NCBI GenBank assembly: GCA_036396115.1
Contig: DASWLN010000168.1
Span: 3,362 to 67,361, forward strand
Source: Candidatus Zixiibacteriota bacterium
GTDB lineage: Bacteria; Zixibacteria; MSB-5A5; DASWLN01
Reading direction: 5' to 3'
Length of the DNA: 64,000 nt
The notes under the pieces were generated by a model, which was given only the letters and a program-made list of their open reading frames with translations, was not told the origin of the DNA and searched no databases. This document shows positions 20,004 through 28,553 of this stretch, one piece after another. How positions within the stretch are numbered: position 1 is the stretch's first letter; every line of letters starts with the position of its first letter. Both the position numbers and the translations under genes were made by a program.

Positions 20004-20543
20004 ATGGAGGAAAAATTCTATTATACAAGACAGTTTGTTAACTCGCAATTAATTGCCGCAATTCTATTTTTAGTAACGGCAATCTTGTGGAACGTTGCGT
20101 ATTCTTTGGAAGGTTGGTCAGTTTGGTGGAGAATATTTGGATTGTTATATACTCTTCTCTGTTTACACTATCTTACGATATCAATCATTATCAAAAATAA
20201 GCCCTCGGTTATTATAACCGATGAAAAGATAGTTGCCAGATCGCCATTTTTTCTCAAACATAAAATCAGTTTTGAGCAGATTATTCCGACCGCCATTATT
20301 GGTGAAAAAATTAAGCTGAAATACAAGAAGCCAAACAATAAGGAAGGTTCTTTTTCCATTGCCCACCTTCGTAAGATTGATAACTGCGAAAGACTGGTTG
20401 ATATCCTCAAGCAGCGCAAAAATTTGTATAGGAAAGTAGGGACAGGTCGCGACCTGTTCCTACAACTAAATCAACGAAACTATTACCGAATCTGCCACAG
20501 GCAGGGCTTTTTTGGTAAGACGCAAGGAGCTGCCTTGTTTTGA
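20004..20543 (+). CDS. Hypothetical 2-TM membrane protein, paralog of 5935..6438; C-terminus probably frameshifted
   Basis: GGAGGT RBS; MEEKFYY, KPSVIITDEKIV, ERLVDILKQ; out-of-frame TAG at 20429-20431 aligns with the paralog stop. Confidence 0.7.
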   Translation: MEEKFYYTRQFVNSQLIAAILFLVTAILWNVAYSLEGWSVWWRIFGLLYTLLCLHYLTISIIIKNKPSVIITDEKIVARSPFFLKHKISFEQIIPTAIIGEKIKLKYKKPNNKEGSFSIAHLRKIDNCERLVDILKQRKNLYRKVGTGRDLFLQLNQRNYYRICHRQGFFGKTQGAALF

Positions 20544-21584
20544 TAAAAACCCCAGCCCGGTTAAGTGGTTTATTTTATCTTTTCTTATATCTTCCAATTT
20601 AACTTTGAAATCTTTCTGAAATTGTCTTAGGTCGATTCCTTCAGTTTTTCTCAATCCCAGAAAAATAGCTTCAGTTATGAGTTGCTCTTTAGATGGCTTT
20701 TCTTCAAACTGAATTGCTTTCCCCTTCTTTTTCATCAACTCTATATATTTCCTGACCCCTCTTAGGTTTCCCCAACGTTTATCTTTGTAAAATGAATGAG
20801 CTGACGCCCCAAAACCCAAATATTCTTTATGATTCCAGTAGTTGAGATTATGCTTGCTTTCAAAGCCGGGCAAAGAGAAATTTGATATTTCGTATTGTTT
20901 ATACCCCTTTGAAGTCAAATAATCAATTGCCCAAAGATACATCTGGCGAACTTTCTCGTCTGTTAGTAGTTTAATTTTCCCCTCTTTTTTCATCTGGTAG
21001 AATTTAGTTTCTTTTTCAATGGTTAAACTGTATGTGGAGATATGCTGAGGGGAAAGTCCAACTGCTTTTTTTAAAGAACTTTTCCAGGACCTAAGAGTCT
21101 GCTCGGGTATGCCAAATATCAAATCCAAGCCGATATTCTCAAATCCGCCTGCTTTAAGCAAGTTAAAGCTATGAATGGCTTGATCTGCACTATGAATTCT
21201 GCTTAAGTTTTTGAGCTCCTTATCATTAAAACTCTGAACTCCTAAGCTTACCCTGTTAAAACCCATATTTCTCAATCCCCTTATCCTGTTTTCATCCAAC
21301 GTATTAGGGTTGGCTTCAATAGTTATCTCGCAATTTGGGGTTAAGGTACAGTCCCTCTTAATAACTTGCATAATTTTATCCAATTGCTCTAATTTCAGAA
21401 CAGTAGGGGTGCCGCCACCTAAATAGATGGTGTCAATTTTAAGACTTGAAAAACTCTTAATCTCATACAAAAGCGCTGAAACGTACTTCTCCACTAAATT
21501 TCGGTCAAGGGGGATGGAGGCAAAATCACAATAAGGGCATTTTGAAAGACAGAAAGGTATGTGCAGATATATTGAAAGAGACAT
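20466..21584 (-). CDS. hemW: Radical SAM heme chaperone HemW (HemN family)
   Basis: YLHIPFCLSKCPYCDF, GGGTPT, YEISNF, HNLNYW; downstream of lepA-lepB. Confidence 0.9.
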   Translation of the reverse strand: MSLSIYLHIPFCLSKCPYCDFASIPLDRNLVEKYVSALLYEIKSFSSLKIDTIYLGGGTPTVLKLEQLDKIMQVIKRDCTLTPNCEITIEANPNTLDENRIRGLRNMGFNRVSLGVQSFNDKELKNLSRIHSADQAIHSFNLLKAGGFENIGLDLIFGIPEQTLRSWKSSLKKAVGLSPQHISTYSLTIEKETKFYQMKKEGKIKLLTDEKVRQMYLWAIDYLTSKGYKQYEISNFSLPGFESKHNLNYWNHKEYLGFGASAHSFYKDKRWGNLRGVRKYIELMKKKGKAIQFEEKPSKEQLITEAIFLGLRKTEGIDLRQFQKDFKVKLEDIRKDKINHLTGLGFLSKQGSSLRLTKKALPVADSVIVSLI

Positions 21585-21619
21585 CAGAAATGCAAACTAT
21601 AGCAAACGGATTAAATGTT

Positions 21620-21918
21620 GTTACATATTAGAGCAATATGCAATCTATCTTAAAATCCCCCTCCCTTCGACTTTGCTCAGGCCTTCGGCTCTGAGGCTCA
21701 GGCTCGAAGAGATGGTGAGGACATTCGGCTGAGCGGTTCGACCGTCCTGAGCGGCTCACCGTCGAAGGACTCAGTCGAAGCCCATATCGAACCATCAAGT
21801 CCCCCTTTTTCAAAGGGGAAGTCCTCTTTTTCCCCTCTTTGGAAAAGAGGCCCGCTTCGCCCGTCTCGCCGATGGCTCGCCGAGGCGGGCCGAATCGAGG
21901 CGAGGGCGAGGGGAGATT
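21620..21918 (+). repeat. Composite repeat, inverted relative of 28356..28521, with an extra nested TTCG..CGAA insertion
   Basis: Near-identical flanks GTTACATATTA.AGCAATATGCAATCTAT and CCCCTCTTTGGAAAAGAGGCCCGC...GGGGAGATT. Confidence 0.85.
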
Positions 21919-21945
21919 CATTGAACGTAAATTAATGCGTTTGTA

Positions 21946-22620
21946 TTATCTAACCCGGCTTCCAATTCTACTCCAACGAACCCTGTCAGGGATATGATAC
22001 AGATTATAGAAGAAGATTTCAATTAAGGGGAAAATGTATGGGCTTCTTAACTTTGGCGCATTGGGATCCGGAGCCCAGGAGAATATTACCAAATCTACCT
22101 TTCCTTTGAGATTTCCTTTTTCCACAAATCCCCAGGTCCTTGAGTCTTCACTCTTATCGCGGTTATCTCCCAGGACAAAGAGCTCATCGATTGGCACCTG
22201 TATTGGTCCAAAATTGTCGCGGGTGGAGTAAAGAGCAGGTATTATGTATTTGTCCGTGAACTTAACCTTTTCAGAGTCGCGGAACATCCTTCCATCCACA
22301 GATACAACTTTGCCTACAATCTCCACAGTCTGTCCCTCGGTTGCCGCGCATCGTTTTATGAGAGTCTTGGTGAGATTTAATGGATATCTAAAGACGACAA
22401 TATCTTCTGGTTGCGGAGCTCTGAATCTGTAAGCTAATTTATTGACCACCACCCAGTCTCCGACCAGAAGCGTATCCTCCATTGAGCCCGTAGGAACGCG
22501 ATATATCTGCACCACAAAGTTACCCAAGAGGAATATGACTATTGCGATCAAGAGCAATATGACAAAAAGCCGCCTTCTGGGAGAGGCGATGTTCCTTTTT
22601 TTGCTGGCTAATTGAACCAT
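21946..22620 (-). CDS. lepB: Signal peptidase I
   Basis: VPTGSMEDTL (Ser), LIKRC (Lys), GDNRDKSEDSR. Confidence 0.95.
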   Translation of the reverse strand: MVQLASKKRNIASPRRRLFVILLLIAIVIFLLGNFVVQIYRVPTGSMEDTLLVGDWVVVNKLAYRFRAPQPEDIVVFRYPLNLTKTLIKRCAATEGQTVEIVGKVVSVDGRMFRDSEKVKFTDKYIIPALYSTRDNFGPIQVPIDELFVLGDNRDKSEDSRTWGFVEKGNLKGKVDLVIFSWAPDPNAPKLRSPYIFPLIEIFFYNLYHIPDRVRWSRIGSRVR

Positions 22621-22685
22621 TTCCCCTCTTTTCCCATTCGTTAGTTTTATCGGAAGTTATGTTCAAAAAATTAACAACTGGAGAT

Positions 22686-24485
22686 TTATCTTTCTATCTT
22701 AAGAAGGGCTAAGAAAGCTTCCTGTGGTATCTCCACTGTGCCGATCTGCCTCATCCTCTTTTTCCCCTCTTTTTGCTTTTCCAGAAGTTTTCTTTTGCGG
22801 GTGATATCTCCACCATAGCATTTGGCAGTCACATTTTTCCTTATGGGGCTAATCCTCTCTCGGGAGATTATGCGCGAGCCGATAGCACCCTGGATTATCA
22901 CCTCGAAAAGTTGTCGTGGAATGAGCTGTCTTAGTTTGGTGCATAATTGTTTGCCCAGATAGTAAGCCTTTTCCTGATGGACAATGATTGAGAGAGCATC
23001 CACTGGTGTGCCATTTATCAAAATATCCATTTTAACCAACTTAGAGGGTCTAAATTCCAATAACTTGTAATCCATAGAAGCATATCCACGTGAAATGGTT
23101 TTCAATCTGTCATAGAAATCGAAAATTATCTCGGACAGGGGTATGTGATAATGCAGGCGGACACGGTTTTTGTCCGCATATTCGGTGGTGATGTAGATCC
23201 CCCTGCGCTCCGTGGCCAATTTCATTATGTTACCGATGTATTCCGAAGGAGAGATTATCACCAATTCCACATACGGTTCCTCTATTTTCTCCATTTGGTT
23301 GGAGGGAGGAAGAGCGGCGGGGTTGTCCACCAAAATGACTTTTCCATCGGTGCGGGTTACCTTGTATTCAACATTGGGAGTGGTGTTTATGATGGATAGA
23401 CCATATTCCCTCTGCAGCCTTTCCTGAATGATCTCCATATGTAGCATTCCCAGAAAGCCACAGCGGAATCCAAAACCTAAAGCGTTCGATTTCTCCGGCT
23501 CAAAACTCAAGGAGGCATCATTCAATTTCAATTTGGCGATGGAATCTTTCAGCTCCTCAAAGTTTTCCGCCAGGCTGGGATAGATTCCAGAAAAGACCAT
23601 AGGCTTTATATCCCTGAAGCCGGGCAGGGGCTCTATGGCTGGATTGGCCGCATCAGTTATGGTGTCGCCGACCTTAGTATCAGCCACGTTTTTTAGATTT
23701 GCCATAATATAACCCACGTCACCAGCTGAGAGTTTCTGTTGAGGCACGAACTTCATTTTCAAATATCCAATCTCCTCTACCTCATACTCTCCGGGATGAG
23801 AGAAAAATTTTATCTTGGTCCCTTTGGAGACTGTGCCCTCTTTGACTCGAATATAGGGTATTGCTCCTCTATAGGAATCGAAAATGGAGTCAAATATCAT
23901 ACCTCTTAAAGGAGATGAGCTTTCTCCCTCGGGCGGAGGGACCCTCCTCACTATTTCCTCCAAAACCCGGTCTATCCCTTTGCCCAATTTGGCGCTGGTG
24001 AGGATGATATCCTCCACATTAACTCCCAAAAGCTCTATTAAGTTTTTCTTTACAGTTTCTATTTGGGCACTGGGAAGATCGATTTTATTAATAACCGGTA
24101 TGATCGTCAGGTTATTTTCCAAAGCTAAATAGAGGTTGGAGATGGTCTGAGCTTCCACTCCCTGAGAGGCATCCACTAAAAGCAATGCCCCCTCACAGCA
24201 GGCTAGGCTGCGCGAAACCTCATAAGTGAAGTCAACATGGCCCGGAGTGTCAATCAGGTTCAAGATGTAAATTTCCCCATCTTTTGCTTTATATTCCATT
24301 CTTATAGCGTGCGACTTTATGGTAATCCCCTTTTCCCTTTCCAGGTCCATATCATCCAGGACCTGCTCACGCATCTGATGAGGGGAGACAGTCCCGGTTT
24401 TCTCCAAAAGCCTATCTGCCAAGGTTGATTTGCCATGGTCAATATGGGCGATAATGGAGAAGTTTCTTACGTTGGAGCTTTTCAC
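22686..24485 (-). CDS. lepA: Elongation factor 4 (LepA)
   Basis: [38 protein letters not shown]. Confidence 0.98.
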   Translation of the reverse strand: MKSSNVRNFSIIAHIDHGKSTLADRLLEKTGTVSPHQMREQVLDDMDLEREKGITIKSHAIRMEYKAKDGEIYILNLIDTPGHVDFTYEVSRSLACCEGALLLVDASQGVEAQTISNLYLALENNLTIIPVINKIDLPSAQIETVKKNLIELLGVNVEDIILTSAKLGKGIDRVLEEIVRRVPPPEGESSSPLRGMIFDSIFDSYRGAIPYIRVKEGTVSKGTKIKFFSHPGEYEVEEIGYLKMKFVPQQKLSAGDVGYIMANLKNVADTKVGDTITDAANPAIEPLPGFRDIKPMVFSGIYPSLAENFEELKDSIAKLKLNDASLSFEPEKSNALGFGFRCGFLGMLHMEIIQERLQREYGLSIINTTPNVEYKVTRTDGKVILVDNPAALPPSNQMEKIEEPYVELVIISPSEYIGNIMKLATERRGIYITTEYADKNRVRLHYHIPLSEIIFDFYDRLKTISRGYASMDYKLLEFRPSKLVKMDILINGTPVDALSIIVHQEKAYYLGKQLCTKLRQLIPRQLFEVIIQGAIGSRIISRERISPIRKNVTAKCYGGDITRKRKLLEKQKEGKKRMRQIGTVEIPQEAFLALLKIER

Positions 24486-24595
24486 GATTTTTCCTTAAGT
24501 GAAAGATTATAATAAACTTTTGGCCAGAAGTCAACTTTTAAAGGTAAGAGCTTAGATGTCTTATAGTATGGGTGAGCTTCCGGAATGGAAAAAAT

Positions 24596-25061
24596 GTCAT
24601 TGCGAGGAGTCCCGAGAGCTTTCGGGACGACGAAGTCCCGCCTTTCGCGGGACTTCGCTCCACACGACAGAATCAGGACTCGCAATGACAGAAAACGATT
24701 TGCAGATTATTTTATAGAAGGCGACCCATATGGGTCGTCTTCTACTTCTAATACGATGCATTCGTATCCCTGCCTTGCCCTCAAGGCAGGAGATAGGCCC
24801 ACGTTGAGGGCAACGTGGGTTTACGGTTTTAGAGATGAGGGATCGCCTCTGGGAAATAACCTCTTCGTAGTGCGGGGAATTTATCCCCGCACGGGCTGGG
24901 ACGAACCTGTCCCGTGCCGGATGGTGCGGGATTCCCAGTTCTACGAGAGAAATTAAAAATGTAGGGGCGAGGTGACCTCGCCCCTACATTAAAAATCGTC
25001 CTGACTTATCGGGATTACTACATTAAGATAGGAGTAGGGACAGGTCGCGACCTGTCCCTAC
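24596..25061. repeat. Repeat cluster in the divergent lepA/pth intergenic region
   Basis: GTCATTGCGAG..CTCGCAATGAC ~24597-24689; two-hairpin doublet 24764-24824; GTAGGGGCGAGGTGACCTCGCCCCTAC 24961-24987; GTAGGGACAGGTCGCGACCTGTCCCTAC 25034-25061. Confidence 0.85.
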
Positions 25062-25087
25062 ATATAAATATCCCCCCTCTTTTTGCC

Positions 25088-25145
25088 TTGACAAAGGTTC
25101 AGATTTGGTTATTTTTATGAATCAAGCCCAGACTTGGGCTTGATT
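25088..25145 (+). promoter_or_regulatory. Putative sigma70 promoter and 5' hairpin of the pth operon
   Basis: TTGACA 25088, 16 nt, TATTTT; 11-bp stem AATCAAGCCCA/TGGGCTTGATT 25120-25145. Confidence 0.45.
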
Positions 25146-25170
25146 ATTAGTTTATTCTTTTTGGCGGCTT

Positions 25171-25731
25171 ATGATTAAGCTTTTATTGGGGTTGGGAAAT
25201 CCAGGAAGAAAATATAGTTCAACTCGACACAACTTAGGTTATCGTTTGGTTGAGCTTTTAGCCAAAAGAAGCAAGAGAAAGTTTAAGTACGGTAAGGGAA
25301 GTTATATTTTCACTGAAGTCAAAATAAAAAGAAAAAAAGTAATTCTGGTCAAGCCGCAGACTTTTATGAACCAGAGCGGCATAGCGGCTAAAGATTGCTT
25401 GGATGATTTCAGTTTAAGCCCGGAAGAGCTTCTGGTGTTATGCGATGACATGAATCTTCCTTTGGGTAAATTGAGAATCCGACCAAAAGGAGCAGATGGC
25501 GGGCATAATGGCCTGAAATCGATAATTTCTCTTCTGAATACACGGGATTTTGCCCGTTTGAGAATGGGGATAGGGCTTCCCTCTCCTGAAATTAGAGCGG
25601 AAGATTACGTTTTGCAGGATTTCAGGTCAATTGAAAAAGATGAAGTAGCAAAGATACTAAAGGATGCCAGCTCGGCAGTGGAAACAGTAATATTCCAAGG
25701 TATAACCGAAAGCATGAATCGATTTAACTGA
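25171..25731 (+). CDS. pth: Peptidyl-tRNA hydrolase
   Basis: GLGNPG..Y..TRHNLG, KPQTFMN.SG, GGHNGLKSII. Confidence 0.97.
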   Translation: MIKLLLGLGNPGRKYSSTRHNLGYRLVELLAKRSKRKFKYGKGSYIFTEVKIKRKKVILVKPQTFMNQSGIAAKDCLDDFSLSPEELLVLCDDMNLPLGKLRIRPKGADGGHNGLKSIISLLNTRDFARLRMGIGLPSPEIRAEDYVLQDFRSIEKDEVAKILKDASSAVETVIFQGITESMNRFN

Positions 25732-25745
25732 AAGAATAATGGAAG

Positions 25746-25800
25746 TTCCCTGCTCTGGATTTTTTCCGGGGCCAAAAGTTTTTGGTCCGAAGGGAGGTGA
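25746..25800 (+). ncRNA. S6:S18 ribosomal protein autoregulatory leader (candidate)
   Basis: TCCCT pairs with AGGGA, sequestering the SD GGAGGTG; unpaired CCG just before it; directly upstream of rpsF. Confidence 0.65.
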
Positions 25801-25803
25801 AAC

Positions 25804-26142
25804 TTGAGAAAGTACGAGACGGTTTTCGTTTTAGATTCCTCTTTAGACAAAGCCACCACAGACCAGGAGGTGAAAAGAGTTGAGGATTTAATTGCCAGCC
25901 GGGAGGGGAAGGTCATAAAGGTGGACAGATGGGGAATCAGAAGGCTGGCATATCCCATAGCCAAGAAGCAACAGGGTTACTACACTTTGATCATCTTCGA
26001 GGGAGGGTCAGATTTACTCGGTGAATTGGAAAGAAGCTATAAACTGAACGAATCCTGTTTACGCTGGATAACCGTGGTATGTGAAGCGGAAGAGGAGCCA
26101 GCGGAAAAGAGCCCATCCAAAGAAGAAAAAGACCAAGTGTAG
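25804..26142 (+). CDS. rpsF: 30S ribosomal protein S6
   Basis: MRKYETVFVL, WGIRRLAYPI. Confidence 0.96.
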   Translation: MRKYETVFVLDSSLDKATTDQEVKRVEDLIASREGKVIKVDRWGIRRLAYPIAKKQQGYYTLIIFEGGSDLLGELERSYKLNESCLRWITVVCEAEEEPAEKSPSKEEKDQV

Positions 26143-26181
26143 TATTTTTGTTTTGGGGCTAACTTATAAGGAGGAAAATAA

Positions 26182-26412
26182 ATGGAAGAATTAATTCGTA
26201 AAAAGGGAGTTTGCCGTTTTTGCGAAGGAAGAGCACCGAGAATAGACTACAAGGATGAGAAATTGCTTAGAAGATTCATCACCGAAAGAGGAAGGATACT
26301 TCCTCGTCGCATAACCGGCAATTGCGCCCTGCATCAGCGCCGGTTATCCATTGCTATCAAGCGCAGTCGACACTTAGCCCTGCTTCCCTTCACTTCGGAA
26401 GTCTATCGCTAA
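26182..26412 (+). CDS. rpsR: 30S ribosomal protein S18 (Zn-binding C+ type)
   Basis: [25 protein letters not shown]. Confidence 0.97.
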   Translation: MEELIRKKGVCRFCEGRAPRIDYKDEKLLRRFITERGRILPRRITGNCALHQRRLSIAIKRSRHLALLPFTSEVYR

Positions 26413-26415
26413 ACA

Positions 26416-27366
26416 GTGGAAAGAGATACGAATAGCTCTTTGAAAAATAAAGTGTGGATCTGGGCATCTTTGTGTTTGCTTCTGACTCTGGGATATGCCT
26501 TCTCATCCGGGATATGGGTAGTCAGTTATTTTTTGGGTATTGCACTTGCCCTATGCCTGACTATCTTTTTTTGGAGAAGCAAAAGGTACGGCCTAATTGG
26601 TGCAGTCTTTTTGGCAGCCCTGTTTTATGCTCTAAGGGGAGGAAATTCCGTTGTTTTTCTTTCTAAATGTTTACTTCCCGCACTGATATTAAGTTTAGGC
26701 CTAAAGCATAAGAGAAACCCGAGTTTAATCATCTTTCTGGCAATTATCCCCCATTTAGTGATTTTAGGACTAACAGTTGCCCACTACGGGGATATAGTTT
26801 TCATTTTCAGGGACCAGTTAGGGGAGTTAGCCCAAAGGATAGCCGGAGTCTTCGAGATTTTTGGTATAAATGCGATTGTATTACAGACAAAGATATTTTC
26901 TATCTTTGATACTCTAGCTCAACTTATTTTTGGTTTCGAGCTTCTTTCGAGCTGGGTTGAGGTATTCTTGATTTATCTTTTAATCCAGCTTATTGGAGAC
27001 AAGCTGGGATGGGATACGATTAAGCTCACCCGCTTTGGTCTTTGGCATAGCCAAGAGAGATTTGGTTGGGTGGCTCTTTTGAGTTTGGTTCTTTTTTTGG
27101 TAGGAGGGAAGCTGTTTGAGATAGTATCCAAAAATGCCGCCTTGGTTTTTGGATTTTGGTATACGGTCGTAGGCTTTTCAATAAGCGAGTACTTCTTTGG
27201 AAAATCGAAAGTGAATATGTGGATTAAGATTTTGTTCTATGTTTTTGTTTTGGTAACTCAAATTCTTTCTTTTGTGCTTTTGTCCTTGCTGGGATTTTTT
27301 GACAGCTGGTTAGATTTCAGAAAATTAGGGAAGAAGTCATTATCTAATAAAGGAGTAAATATATGA
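26416..27366 (+). CDS. DUF2232/YybS-family membrane protein
   Basis: Polytopic; C-terminal LGFFDSWLDFRK; canonical position between rpsR and rplI. Confidence 0.85.
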   Translation: MERDTNSSLKNKVWIWASLCLLLTLGYAFSSGIWVVSYFLGIALALCLTIFFWRSKRYGLIGAVFLAALFYALRGGNSVVFLSKCLLPALILSLGLKHKRNPSLIIFLAIIPHLVILGLTVAHYGDIVFIFRDQLGELAQRIAGVFEIFGINAIVLQTKIFSIFDTLAQLIFGFELLSSWVEVFLIYLLIQLIGDKLGWDTIKLTRFGLWHSQERFGWVALLSLVLFLVGGKLFEIVSKNAALVFGFWYTVVGFSISEYFFGKSKVNMWIKILFYVFVLVTQILSFVLLSLLGFFDSWLDFRKLGKKSLSNKGVNI

Positions 27367-27815
27367 AGGTTATCTTAAGGGAAGATATACCAAGCCTGGG
27401 GAAATGTGGAGAGGTGATAGAGGTTAAACCCGGCTATGCCAGGAATTACCTCATTCCTAAGAATTTAGTCATTATGGCTACGAAGGGAAGCCTAAAAGCT
27501 ATAAATGAGGTAAGCAAGCAAAAGGAGCTGAGGGAGAATAAGAAGAAAAAGGAGAGCCTTAAGCTCAAGGGTGCCATTGAAAAGATATCCTGCACTGCTG
27601 AGGTGAATGTGGGCGAGGAAGATAAAGTGTTTGGTTCGGTCACCAGCCAGGATATAGTTTCACTCTTAAAGGAGAAGGGTTTTGACATAGACAAGAAAAA
27701 ACTAGAGTTGGAAAACCCGATTAAAGTCCTGGGAGTTTATACACTTCCAATTAAACTTCATCCAGAAGTAGTTGCCAATTTGAAACTTTGGGTAGTCAAA
27801 AAAGAAGGGAGATAA
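27363..27815 (+). CDS. rplI: 50S ribosomal protein L9
   Basis: MKVIL, VKPGYARNYLIP, KVFGSVT. Confidence 0.97.
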   Translation: MKVILREDIPSLGKCGEVIEVKPGYARNYLIPKNLVIMATKGSLKAINEVSKQKELRENKKKKESLKLKGAIEKISCTAEVNVGEEDKVFGSVTSQDIVSLLKEKGFDIDKKKLELENPIKVLGVYTLPIKLHPEVVANLKLWVVKKEGR

Positions 27816-27816
27816 A

Positions 27817-28305
27817 ATGGCCATGGTTGAGGTCAAAGTGAACGGATTAGCTCTGGATATAGTAACCAACTCCCCAGTGGTGATACTCTCCGATATTGAG
27901 TCAGACAGGCTTCTGCCAATCTGGATAGGGCATTATGAAGCCTGGGCAATTGCTATGGAGCTTTCCGGTCTTGCTTCCAAGCGGCCCCTCACTCATGATT
28001 TGATTAAATCTGCAATCGAGCTGATGGGAGGGAAGGTGGAGAAAGTGGAAGTGACTCAATTAGTTAATCAAACCTTCTATGCTAAGGTTCATATCCAGAA
28101 GAACGGCTCACTTATGGAGTTGGATGCCAGGCCTTCTGATTCTATAGCTTTAGCACTTAAGACCCAGGCACCGGTTTTTGTGGACGAGAAGCTGTTCGAG
28201 GCAAAAAGGGAAGAGATGGAAGGTAAAGAGATGGGCGATATGGAATCTTTAAAGGAACGGCTCAAAAGGATTAATCCGGAAGATTTCGGTAAGTTCTCTC
28301 TTTAA
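27817..28305 (+). CDS. Bifunctional nuclease (DUF151) family protein
   Basis: LLPIWIG..EA, RPLTHDL, DARPSDSIALAL. Confidence 0.93.
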   Translation: MAMVEVKVNGLALDIVTNSPVVILSDIESDRLLPIWIGHYEAWAIAMELSGLASKRPLTHDLIKSAIELMGGKVEKVEVTQLVNQTFYAKVHIQKNGSLMELDARPSDSIALALKTQAPVFVDEKLFEAKREEMEGKEMGDMESLKERLKRINPEDFGKFSL

Positions 28306-28306
28306 A

Positions 28307-28352
28307 CCCAAATTATGCATTAGAAGCGAAGCGAACTAATGCATAATTTGGG
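28307..28352. terminator. 17-bp perfect stem-loop immediately after the DUF151 gene
   Basis: CCCAAATTATGCATTAG / CTAATGCATAATTTGGG; no U-tract, so terminator role uncertain. Confidence 0.4.
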
Positions 28353-28355
28353 ATA

Positions 28356-28521
28356 AATCTCCCCTCGCCCTCGCCTCGATTCGGCCCGCCTCGGCGAGCC
28401 ATCGGCGAGACGGGCGAAGCGGGCCTCTTTTCCAAAGAGGGGAAAAAAGAGGTCTCCCCCTTTGAAAAAGGGGGATTAAGGGGGATTTTAGAATAGATTG
28501 CATATTGCTTTAATATGTAAC
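28356..28521 (-). repeat. Composite repeat, inverted copy of 21620..21918 lacking the inner insertion
   Basis: Direct comparison of the reverse complement. Confidence 0.85.
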
Positions 28522-28553
28522 CTTTATCTTCTGTCAAGGGCAAAAAACGTTAT

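Noticed and set aside
21628-21921. ORFs over repeat clusters (also 28313-28543, 24585-24956, 37420-37695, 39515-39832, 53590-53852, 63475-63807)
   Set aside because: They are translations of palindromic repeats with no protein-family signal
23082-23097. TCCACGTGAAA in lepA as a third parS
   Set aside because: Outer bases mismatch on both arms; explained by coding sequence
26143-26181. Absence of ssb between rpsF and rpsR
   Set aside because: Common lineage-level variation, not notable
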